From assembly GCF_009914755.1 (NCBI RefSeq), contig NC_060929.1: DNA of 64,000 nucleotides; one strand, written 5' to 3'. Below the pieces are notes generated by a model. The model was not told the DNA's origin. It was given only the letters and a program-made list of their open reading frames with translations, and ran no database searches. Of this stretch, positions 1-11,409 are shown one piece after another. How positions within the stretch are numbered: position 1 is the stretch's first letter; every line of letters begins with the position of its first letter. The DNA is from the human T2T-CHM13v2.0 reference genome, Homo sapiens. A program made the translations under genes and the position numbers.

Positions 1-589
1 GTCTCATCAGAGGGCTAAATTTTTGGCTTTATTCTTTGGGCACCTGAAACTGCTACCAGAGATAATAATGATCATGTGATATTCATTTGCTGAAATGTGT
101 AAGAATTAGTTGCAGTAACTTCTAGAAATAAGCATGATTCCATTAGTTTACAATTATTGACTTATTCATGCACACTATATGTGGAAGAATTACTACTTTA
201 AAAACATTCTTTTCCTCCCTCCCTAATTCAGTTATGGGTCCATAACTGAGATGGCCAAGGCCAGTGTCGCAGAGATAATGGGATATGGTGATGTATTTTG
301 GAATGCTGGCAATCTGCTCTGCTGTTTCCATGTCTGGAATGCTCCCTGAATTAAATATTTTAAAGAGAGTCAAAGAGACATGCATGCACATTTATGAAAA
401 GTAATTCCAAATGCATTATAATGCCTAATGGTAATGGTTTACTTTCAGGAGTAAATTTCATGGCTTGAGCTTGTATGTTGTCCTAGAGAAAGGTAGCTAA
501 GATGTAAAAAGAATTGCTTGCGATAATTCTGAGGACTTTTAGCACTGTGGTTTTCCTCCTTGCAGCTTCAAATTTCTTCTCTTTTCATT

Positions 590-2228
590 ATTTTTGTTGT
601 GAATTATAACCCACATTCAGAGAAGCACATAAAACAAAGATGAATACCTGTGTGACCACTCCCTAGATCAGGAAATAGAATGTTACCTGCATGTCTCAGC
701 TCTCCTTTCTGTCTCCTCTCAGGGCCTCTTAATAAAGGTTACTGACTTTCATGGGAATTACTTTTCTGCTTTTCCTTATAATTGTATACCTAAGTCTCCA
801 TTCTTAAACACTATAGTATAGCTTTATTGGCTCTTAGCTTTATGTGGGCAGGTACACAGTATGTATTCTTTTGTGTCAGGGTCTTTTACCTTAATAATCT
901 TTGTGAGTCTGTGTTCAATATCCAAGTTGCGTGTAGCTATAGTTTACTTATTTTTATTGCTGTATAGTATTGAATTGGATGAACATAACCAAATGTTGTG
1001 TCCATTCCATTGTTGATGAACATTCTGGTTGTCTCCAGATTGGAACGATGACATATAAATGCTACTTTCAGGTATTCGCTGAAGTGAAATTGCCAGACCA
1101 AAGTTGCACAATTTACTTCTTCAAAGTAGCTCAGGAGGAGTCCCATTATTTCACTTTCTTGCTCACCTTTATTGTCCATCTTTTTACCCTGTGCAATGGT
1201 ATTTAGCTCTGATTTTAATTAGCATTTTCCTGATGACTAATGAGGCCTAGAAACTTTATATTTATATTGACATTTTGGAGAATTCCTTTTGTGCAGTGCC
1301 CACTAAAATCATCTGCCCATTTTTCTATCGAGTTTTTATGAACTTTCTCTTACTGTGTTTTGGCAAATTTCATTTATTCTGGATGTAGTCTTTTGGTATC
1401 TGTGTTAGACATATCTTTTCTTATTATGCGTCTTGACTTTTACTTACCCATATCTTTCAATGAGCAGAAGGTCTCATTTTATTTTTTTGTTTGAAGTCAT
1501 GATGATATTTGGCTATATTATTTTCTACAAGTAAGTTACATTGTCATTTACATTTAAATATATAATTCATTTAGAATTAATCTTAGTATATGGTGTGAGG
1601 TAGGTGTCTGTCTTCTTTTTCTTGTATGGTGTGAATTTGGTGAGTTGTATATTTCAAGAAATTTTTCCATTTTTTCTAAGTATTTGAATTTGTTGGCATA
1701 CAATGTTGATAATTTCTTTTTTAATTGTTAGTAAGAACTGTACTGGTTACTCTCTTGTGTTCATGATATTGCAGATTTGTATTGCTTCTTTTTTTCTTTA
1801 GTTCAGCAATGTGTTTCTTGGTTTCATTGATCTTTACATAAAATGAACTTTGGCTTATTAATTTTCTGAATTGTTTTTCATTTTAAAATTTCATTTACCT
1901 TTGTTCTTCTTATTTCCTTCCTTCTTTTTGCTTCACTTTTTATTTTCCTTTTCAGTGTTCTTCAGGTACTACCCTAGGTCAGCATTTAAAGCTGAAAGTT
2001 AACCATTTCCTCTAAGCACAACTTTGGCTGAATCTGGAGATTTTGATATGTTGTATTTTTATAATCATTTAGTGCATAATACTTTCTAATTTTCTTTGTG
2101 AGTTCTTCTTTAACCCAGATTACTTAGAAGTATGTGCTTTAATTTTAAAAAGATGGATCTTTCTGAGTTAAATTGTTATTGATTTTTAAGTTAATCTTAT
2201 TGTGCTTAGAGAACATACTCTATATTAT
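590..2228 (-). mobile_element. Old mammalian-wide LINE-1 (L1M-type) fragments: 3' UTR plus ORF2 remnants
   Basis: T-rich + strand with recognisable antisense L1M motifs (e.g. 'tccattccattgttgatgaacattctggttgtctccag', 'attttaattagcattttcctgatgactaatgag', 'ttttgatatgttgtatttttataatcattt'). Subfamily not resolved. Confidence 0.7.
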
Positions 2229-2562
2229 TTTAAAAATAATAGATTTTGATTTTTGAGCAACTTTAGGTTTAAAAAAATTTAAACCAAGGATACAGAGAAC
2301 TCCTGTATTCCCTCTCAAGCCCTCACACCTGCCAGTTTTCTCCCAGCCCCCTGTCACTTACATGCAGTTTCCCCCACGATTAACAGATTAACATTTTGTA
2401 TTAGTGTGATATACTTGTTACAATTAATGAATCAATATTGATACATTGTTGTTAACTGTAGCCTATTCTTTACATTAAGATTCACTCTTTGTGTTGTATA
2501 GTTCTGTGGGTTTTAACAAATGCATAATATGAGTATTTAATATTGTGTTTCCACCGTTACAG
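2229..2562 (-). mobile_element. L1MC-type 3' end, part A (interrupted)
   Basis: 'ttgttacaattaatgaatcaatattgatacattgttgttaactgtagcctattctttacattaagattcactctttgtgttgtatagttctgtgggttttaacaaatgcataat...ccaccgttacag' matches my recollection of the antisense L1MC 3' UTR. Confidence 0.75.
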
Positions 2563-4948
2563 CTCTACAATGAGGGAGGGTCTTAATCCTGAATCCACTT
2601 CAGGTTGCTCTTCTGATTAAATCACTCAGGGTTCTCTTTTTCTACATTTGGGTCAAGGCAGTGTTCTGGCCCTGGTCCCTAGGACCTGAGACTTAGGGAT
2701 CCTGTGCTCCCAATGACCCAGGTCAATCCTGTCCTCTTAGTGGATGTTGTGACCTTGGGAAGTGGCCAAAATACAAAGATACAAAATATGGATCTCCTCT
2801 GTACATATTTTGGGCCTGGGACTCAATGTTCTAAGAAGAAAAAGTATTTGGGTCAAGGGCATTTCAATGTCAAAACAATGAGGCTGGGCTGGCAGATCTT
2901 CTTCCAGTTGGAGCTTTGACCCTCTTACAAGATGGTCCTTCAGGTATGGTTTGCCAGATCTTTAGGTCTCAGCAGGCTCGAAGGTACAGATCATTCTTCA
3001 GCACCTGGAGCCCTAGATTGCTCAATTCTCCATTTGCATTTTGGGAGCGTCTATGGTCACTGGCTCTCTGGAGGTGTCTTGACTTGTTTTGGGAGCAGTG
3101 GACTCCATGAACTGTTGAACTGCACTGATTTGTCCTCACTCCCCTGGAAGGCATGGGGGCTGGGGTGTCCTGCCCAATGCCGAGTAATGGTAAGTTGTTC
3201 ACAGAATGCACCTCATAGCCCTGCTCGGTTGTTCTGGACATAATCCTTTCTCTTCTCCAACCACATCTGAATGTGCACCCTCTTTATTGCCCATCTCCAG
3301 CTGCTCATGACCAACAAGTTGAAGGATAAAAAAATGTCTAACCACCACATGACAGGTTGCAGCTTAACCCTAGAGAGAGGCCAGTAAGTGATGAAAAGAA
3401 GCACACTCTACATGGAGAACACAGTGTGAGAAGGAGGAGGGACAAACCCCTGCCTGATCCCTGCCTCCAGGAGAAGGCTGTGATGGGCAGACATGAGTCT
3501 TCCCGACCTGCAAATGTGGGGGCAGAAGAGGCCACCGACAGGAACTCTGGAGATGAGATCCCTGGGAGAGTTCCATAGAAAAGGAAGGGGCCAGGCTGAG
3601 TCAGCAGCAAGGTGGTTGGTTCAGCGGGGCAGTGGAGGGGCTGCTGGTAAGGGGTGATTCCATGGATCTGAGGTTGATGAGTGATTCTGGGCGAGGGCAT
3701 GGGGTCAGGTGAAGACATCTTTCCCTTGTCTCCCCTGGACCCTGAAGGACTCAGAGACTGGGACCCAGTTCTCATGCTCTTCTCCTTAGACAAAACTCAG
3801 TCCACCATTATTCTTGAATAATGCAACTTTCTCCCTGAAATTCACACAACTCTGTGTTTCTTTCCTGTTACTCTTTTTAGGAGAGTAAAAATCATTTTTC
3901 ATTGTCCCTTTTTGGAAAACTCAAAGAAGTGCTTTTTGTGCATGATCTTCTATTGAGATTCTGGTCAGTGTTCCTCTGCCGAGGACAGGTGTGGAATGTC
4001 TAGCCCACAGGAGTGTATGTGCCCCATCAGGTAGGACTCTGTTCCCTGAAGACAGAGCTCAGATTTTAGCATCTGATCAGAGGCTTCCAGAGACTTGGTT
4101 TTGCTCTTCAGATCAGCCGTGAAACAGGGGCTGGGCCCAGCGATACCTGACATGTGACGGGGGATGTGTGACTCTGTGCTCCCAGACAAATCCTACACTC
4201 TCTCAACAATCCGTTCCAAGGACACAGAGTCACAGTTTTTAAAATTTTACCCCGGAGTCCTCTACCATCCCCAGATTAGTCTGTGAGCTTGGACTGAAGG
4301 CTTCTGCTGCTGACTCTCTTTTCTTAAAGGAAAATGTCCTATTTTTTCCTGAGAGAACTCAGCTCAGAAGTCTGTTCAACAGAAGTGATTCAGGAAAGTG
4401 GGAGGAGGAACAGAGAACACGAGAGTCTCTCTGTGTTCTGGAGGGGTTGGATCTGGGGTCCCTTACCTGATTTCTGTCTCTTTCCCAAATGGTTTCATTT
4501 GGAGGAAGTACAGAAAAAGAAGGAAGAGCTACACAGCACACAGTAAGAAGAAAACAAATAAAATGGCCCATGGATGGTGAGCTCAAGCTACAGCTGTTCA
4601 GGAGGTAGGGATCCATCCCTGTCTTCCATGGCGTACTCTATCCTCAGGCAGCACTGGGCTCTGGACACTGAGCCTGTGAGCTTTTGCCCAGAGATGCAGC
4701 ATCACTAAGCCAGGCGACGGTCCTGAAGAACCCTCAGGAGGGGAAAGTGGACCCATGCTCTTTACCTTTGTACAATTTTCTTTCAATATGTCTCCAGATA
4801 TGAACTTGGTCCAACTGTACCCATTGGCATTCCTTCCTTTGTAGTCACCAGTTCCAAGTTCTGAGAGTTTCTTGTTTTCCCATGATTTTTGATTAATTCC
4901 CAGGGCTTTATTCTCTTTTACTCCAGTTTCTCCATATAATCTGGCCTC
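2563..4948 (-). pseudogene. Unprocessed, internally deleted SPATA31 (FAM75)-family pseudogene fragment
   Basis: Minus-strand translations across frameshifts resemble recalled SPATA31A/D/E proteins. Kozak gccATGg at 4629, hydrophobic exon 1 (FICFLLTVCCV / LFLLFLYFLQMKPFGKETEI) ending at donor CAG|GTAAGG (4467|4466). Exon-4-like GTLPGISSPEFLSVASSAPTFAGREDSCLPITAFSWRQ (cf. [37 protein letters not shown]), KRVHIQMWLEK (cf. KRALMKMWQEK), HSVNNL..GQDTPAP (cf. NSLRNL..EQDTTNP), KPYLKDHLVRGSKLQLEEDLPAQPHCF (cf. [27 protein letters not shown]). Many stops and frameshifts. Confidence 0.8.
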
Positions 4949-5130
4949 TGTAGAGTAGTTTCAATGCCCTAAACCCCCCGTCTACTCCACCTATTCATTT
5001 CTCCCTTCCCATAACCCCAAGTAACCACTGAACCTTAATTGATTCTGAAAGTTTTACCTTTTTCTAAAACATGTTGTTGGAATCATATGGTCTGTACCCT
5101 TTGCAGAATGACTTATTTCACTTAGGAATG
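4949..5130 (-). mobile_element. L1MC-type 3' end, part B (continuation of 2229-2562)
   Basis: 'tagagtagtttcaatgccctaaa...ctccacctattcatttctccc...aaccactga...ttggaatcatatgg...tttcacttag' resumes the L1MC consensus about where part A stops. Confidence 0.75.
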
Positions 5131-5414
5131 GATAAGCTCAGAATTTAAAGTTCTTACCACCTCTCTCTGCTTATGCAGTACCCCACCTTGCTAATCCATT
5201 TCTCTGAGGTCCCCAGACTCCCAGCGTAATTTTACCCATAAATATACAGAGTAGTTCTACTCTCCCAAGTATCTATCTCAGCCTTCACAGTTAAACCCAT
5301 CTGGGTTTGGAGCCTGGGCAAGGTCTTCTGTTCAATAGTAGTTTGAGTTCTATAAGGCAACATATTTTCTTTAAAAAAAAAAAATTATGCCTGCGGTTAC
5401 TTACCCTGGGAACG

Positions 5415-5461
5415 GGTTTCTTTTCTTCTTCTTCTTCTTCTTTTTTTTTTTTTTTTTTTTT
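5415..5461. repeat. (TTC)n plus poly(T) tract
   Basis: Directly visible. Confidence 0.95.
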
Positions 5462-5550
5462 ACCTTCTATTTCCTGTGTTTTCACCCAAACTGATTTTGG
5501 TCTCTCAAAAATTCTGAAAACAAATAAGGAAGTTATATACATAAAGTATA

Positions 5551-6120
5551 CAGTGGTCCCTGGGTATTCTTGAGAAATTCATTCTGGAAACCCCCATATC
5601 AAAATCCTCAGATGCTCAAGTCTCTTCTATAAAATGACATAGTATTTACTTATAAACCATGTACGTATCCAGTATACTTCAAATCAAGCTTTTCCAACTC
5701 GTGGCCTATGGTTCACATGTGGCCCAGGAGGGGTTTGAATGAGGCCCAACACAAATTCGTAAACTTTCTTAAACCATTTTGAGTTTTTTTGTGTGATTTT
5801 TTTTCTATTTTTTTTTTAGCTCATTATTTTATTTTTTAGTTCATTAGTTATCATTAGTGTTAGTGAATTTTATATGTGGCCCAGGACAATTCTTCTTACA
5901 GTGTGGCCCAGGGAAGCCAAAAGATTGGACACCCCCGCTTTAAATCATCTCCAGATTACTTATAATACCTAATACAACGTAATGCTATGTAAATAGTTAT
6001 ACTAACTATGTTGTTTTATTATTTGTAACATTATTATTGTTTTTTTTTTTGTTTTTTAAGAATATTTTTGTCTGTGGTTGATTAAATCTGCAGATGCTAA
6101 ACATGAAGATAGGGCCAATC
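5551..6120. mobile_element. MER2 (TcMar-Tigger non-autonomous element), interrupted by MER30
   Basis: 'cagtggtccctgggtatt...caaaatcctcagatgctcaagtctcttctataaaatgacatagtattt' continues as 'taaatcatctccagattacttataatacctaatacaacgtaatgctatgtaaatagtt'. Confidence 0.8.
5685..5937. mobile_element. MER30 (hAT-Charlie) with 8-bp TSD
   Basis: Termini 'caagcttttccaac' and 'aaagattggacacccccg'. TSD cttcaaat (5677-5684) / ctttaaat (5938-5945). Confidence 0.85.
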
Positions 6121-6299
6121 ATATATCAGATTTATCTCCCAAGTCTGGCAGAATTAAACAGTGTGTAATACTAACTGCTTCATTACTGACAGTCTGTGAC
6201 TAGGTATTCTCTGAAACGATATATATTTTCTCTACCATTCTCATCACTTCCTTGTGTCTTCACTGGCAGAGTCATTACCATCCATGTTTCTACTAACAC

Positions 6300-7177
<878 letters not shown>

Positions 7178-8159
7178 ATTGTCGTATGGGGAAAGGGTTA
7201 GGAAGACATCATGAATCACAAACGCATTCTGGTTTATGAAATCTTTGTCAGGAATACATTTACATCCTTGAACTTATTTATATCTTTGTTGTCAAAGTAG
7301 AGAATTGACCTCAATATTGTAAAATTTTGCAGACAAAAACTCTCTTAGGAAAAAATTCATAGAAGAAAAAAACTGAGGGTAAGTTCCTGGTCAAAATAGA
7401 TCATTTCAAATCTGGAGTTGACATAGTTTGTTTGGGAAGTTCCTTTTACCCTTAGGCAGATCATACAGCTTGAAACAAATCTGTTACACTGTAGACATAT
7501 TTATCATTTTCACCACTTCATTCAATTTGCATGATGAGAAATTCATTTGGGAAGGCTGGAGAATACTTCTCAAATTCCCGCTGTTGATTAAACAGGGCAG
7601 AGTAGCTGTGGACCAGAATTGGTAAAGAGTTATATAGAGAGAAAGCAGTGGGAATTGATGTGAGTAATGGTGTCTATCCACGCCTTGAAAAATCCTCTTT
7701 AAATTACACTTGTGAGTGGATGGGAGAGCACATTCTCTTGAAGCCACCATCAATCCTCTGCAGAGGTTATAGTTCTCTTTAATACATCAGCGAGCTTCTC
7801 TTTCTTGCAAACCCACTCTTCTGCTGTCTAGAGATGAGAAGCCATCGTCTTCACAGTGACAGAAGAACATGAGGGCCATTGATTCAAGAGTGAAATCAAA
7901 GGACAGACTATTTAGTCTCAAATCCTCTGGACAATTAAGCTAACCGCCTATGGTGAAGGTTTTCTCAATATAAGGTGTTTGAAATTGGGCTGAATTGAAA
8001 TTTTGACTGATTCTTTTTTAAAGGAAGTGTAAGAGTCTGCTGATGAAGAACAAATTAATCAGCTTTCCTTGCTAGTTCTTGGAGGATGTTCTGATGTTTT
8101 TTAGCTATTGCTTGGGAGTTGTTTATAATCAAAACGTTTACAACCTAGTTCTCTAGTAG

Positions 8160-8380
8160 AAGCAATTTAGCCTAGAAGTTAGGAACGTACCATTTGGATA
8201 ATTTCGATTTGGAATTAAATCTCAGCTCTACCATCAGGGAATTGTGTTGGCTTAGGCAAATTAATCAATTTCCTTATCTGTGAAATGGGAATAAACATGT
8301 CTAATAGATTGGATGGTTGTTAGTATTAAATGGGACATGTGTACAGCATATAGTGAAGTGCTTCTGTATAATGTCCTGCT
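8160..8380 (+). mobile_element. MIR
   Basis: 'aaatctcagctctaccat...ttaggcaaatta...tttccttatctgtgaaatgggaataa'. Confidence 0.6.
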
Positions 8381-9289
8381 ATCATCATAATCATCTTTCA
8401 CCAGACTTCTTAATGTCTTTCAAGAGCCATGCAATTGATGTACCTCTGTTGGAAGCTGAGTATAAAATATAGTATGTCGGAGAATTGTAAAATATTGGTG
8501 GGCAGAGGAACGTAAATTTAAAATTCCCTAAAACACTTGGTGCACCAAATAAAATATGACCATGGAACAACCTTGACTTTCAGTTTACTGGCCTTCTCAG
8601 AGACCTTTCCCTCACCAATAATCACACAATCTTGGAGCCTTTGGAGCTAGTTACATCAGAATTTTAGGGCCTGGTTCTGCCCCTTCCCTGGCTGTGTGAA
8701 CCACTTTTAGTTTTAACTAAGCTTAAGCTATAAAATAAGAACATTCATATCTACCTTACAAAGATGCTGTGATGATTAGAGGTAATATCTTTAAAAAGTC
8801 TAGGAAGAGCTTTGAAACTATAGATGCATAATGTATGATGGAAATGTATTCTCTCAAAAACAGACATGGAACAGGTTTTTGTCTTCCACCATACTCATTA
8901 TAGTTATTTCAGCCTTTCTGGAACCACCTACTTCTGTCTCCTCTATGGTGAAATGATTCTTATTTTGCTCTCTTATTATATCACAAAGCCCCACATAATC
9001 AGCTGTATTCAGGTTTAATAGGGCACAAGGGAAAAGTAAATATATTCCGTTATCCAGCTACATAAATAGAAAATCGATTCCTGCTATGCCAAGTAGAAAA
9101 GCTTTGGCATGTATTGTCTCAAAGTAACAACCATACACATTATAGTCAGATTTTGTGTAATAGTATTGGTACTTTTATACAAATGCAATGTACTTTGTGG
9201 TTACTTGTAGAACCATAAATATTGTCTATAACGTGGTTTCTAGGGGAAAATACTCCAACCAAGCAGCTTATACATGAGATACGACATAC

Positions 9290-9500
9290 TAGAGTGAAAA
9301 TATAGGTTTGGGAGTAAGAGAGCCCTTCATTTAAGTTGCAGGGTTACTGCTTACAAGCTGAGTCTCTTAATCTTTCTGTCCTTGAGTTTCTACATCTGCA
9401 AATGGGAATGGCATGCATACATCCCTCTTGCAGTGTTTGGAAAAATAAATGAGACATTGTATGTCGAACATTGGGTAAGCATATAGTAAGACATCAGATA
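9290..9500 (+). mobile_element. MIR
   Basis: 'cttaatctttctgtccttgagtttctacatctgcaaatgggaat'. Confidence 0.55.
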
Positions 9501-10427
9501 TTAGGTGTTTAAAATTATTGTCACCATAGGTTATGTTTAAAAACTCTTTTTAAAGTGAGCCAATGTTTCTATTTAGATTCTTGGAAATGAGAGGGCAATT
9601 CAAAAAGGCCATTTGAGATACAAAGCATAATTTCCTAAATAAATATTTTATTTTGTGTATTTATGCAGCAGTTAAGAACCCTGTCATAAAAGCATTTGGT
9701 GGTCTTAAACTTAATTATTGTTATTCCCACCTTAACCCTGAGTAAGGCTAAAATCACACACAAAGTAGAGAAATCAGAAATGAGAACCCACTGATGATTT
9801 TAGAATAGTGATAAAGGTTTTCTTCTATTATAGTGAAGTTTACTTTAAGGTAAATATATTTTGGAGTCTAATACAGTGTGGCCTTTTCCTAATACTTTCA
9901 ATAAAATGTTTGTAAGAAAATATAATGCTTTCTATGACATTGTAATTGATTTCTCCTATATCTTTACAGGCACAGACACACTGTTGTGTTTTCCCAGCCC
10001 CTGTGTCTTTTATTAAATGAAATAACATGGACATAGTCTCAAATAAAAGAACAAGGGTGAAGATAACTTAGGAGTTTCTGTCTGTGGCATTTTCTGTTAC
10101 TTATCCTGGGAGGCACTAAAGCATAGTTTCTGTTGATTCACAGTAGGAAATAAAAGTTAAAGAAGTTGACTGTGTAATCCATCTTTCCATACACAAATTA
10201 AATGTTTCTCTCAATGTTTATATAGTGCTTATTGCAGAATATAGAGGAATATGCCTTAGCACATCATCTAAGCTATTTTTTACTTGATATTTAGCAAGAT
10301 GTTAGACCGATTTTAGAGACTAAAAATAATGCTAACACCCATATAATGAGCAGGGCACACCTGATTTTATTCTAAGGTGATTGAATACACTCTAATGTAA
10401 AAAAGAAAGTTATTATATAAATTTTAT

Positions 10428-10986
10428 TGACTGTGTTTTCTTATTCTCTGTCTTAATGCTCTGGCATATGGGGCCTCAGTGGCTGGGGGAGAAACTGCCT
10501 CTCCCAGGGGTAGCTATTTCCTAGAGATGGCCAACACTTGGTGGTGAGCACACCTTTGATGGGCAAACCAGCCAATCCTGTGTTCATACCTTTCCCTGGC
10601 TCCATTTTTCAGACTCCTGCAGTTGGGGACACTATTCCTCTGTGAAAAATCACCCCAGAGCCAAGTACCAGACTACTAGAGACCACTCCTGTATCCCAGA
10701 GCTTGACACAGTTATTCACACTATCTGGTGACCTGCTCAGCTGCTTAGCCTGCCTTGCCCACTTCTTTTCCTCAAACCCACAATACAGGCTTTTACCCTC
10801 AGTTTCCTCCCTATTTTGCCTCCTGACTGAGGCTGGTGCCTCTTCCTGTGGCCCTGTGCAACGGTGCATGCCTCATCCTCTTGGGGACAGTTAGTAATAA
10901 ACCATCTTTTTCGTGGGAATCATCTCCTGATCTCTTGGCTTCACTAGAACTGAATAAAACCAAAATCCTGGGTTCATTTTAAGGCA
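10428..10986 (+). mobile_element. Solo ERVL-class LTR (MER54/MER74-like group)
   Basis: Recalled motifs 'actgcctctcccaggggtagctatttcctagagatgg', 'gcaaaccagccaatcc', 'aatcaccccagagccaagtaccagac', 'catctcctgatctcttggcttcac'. TG...CA ends. Confidence 0.7.
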
Positions 10987-11409
10987 TATATCCAGTATAT
11001 TTTTATAATTAAGATTAGCTTTAGTATCTTAAGGATGATAGAAGAAACCTTTTTTTCCTCTCAAGGAATGGTTGGTAGAGAAAATAGTAACAAAAAGAGT
11101 ATCTTTCCCCCTCGTTTCGTTCCTTATTTTTCCCCTCTCCCAACAGTTATAGATTATATTTTATGTTAGATGTGACTTTAAGCATGAGGAAATAGCTTTG
11201 GGGAGGGAAAATACTCCTCAAAGGAGCCCAGTCTCATGGGAGAACAGACGGAACATCAGTGAGTTTAACCAAGTGTGCCAAGCGCAAGGATGGAGGCCCG
11301 TCAAGTTTGGTGAAAAAAAGGAGAAAGGAATGATACACCAGGCTGAAAAGAATGGAGGCAGGGAACATTCCAAAAAGAGAAGATAGTTCAGTCAAGGTTT
11401 CCTTCTTCT

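Noticed and set aside
3338-3793. 151-aa minus-strand ORF as an intact gene
   Set aside because: It is part of the SPATA31-like pseudogene. Homology switches frame within it, and the listed start is a TTG in intron-like sequence.
5291-5573. Lys/Glu-rich and Phe/Ser-rich overlapping ORFs
   Set aside because: Artefacts of the (TTC)n/poly(T) tract.
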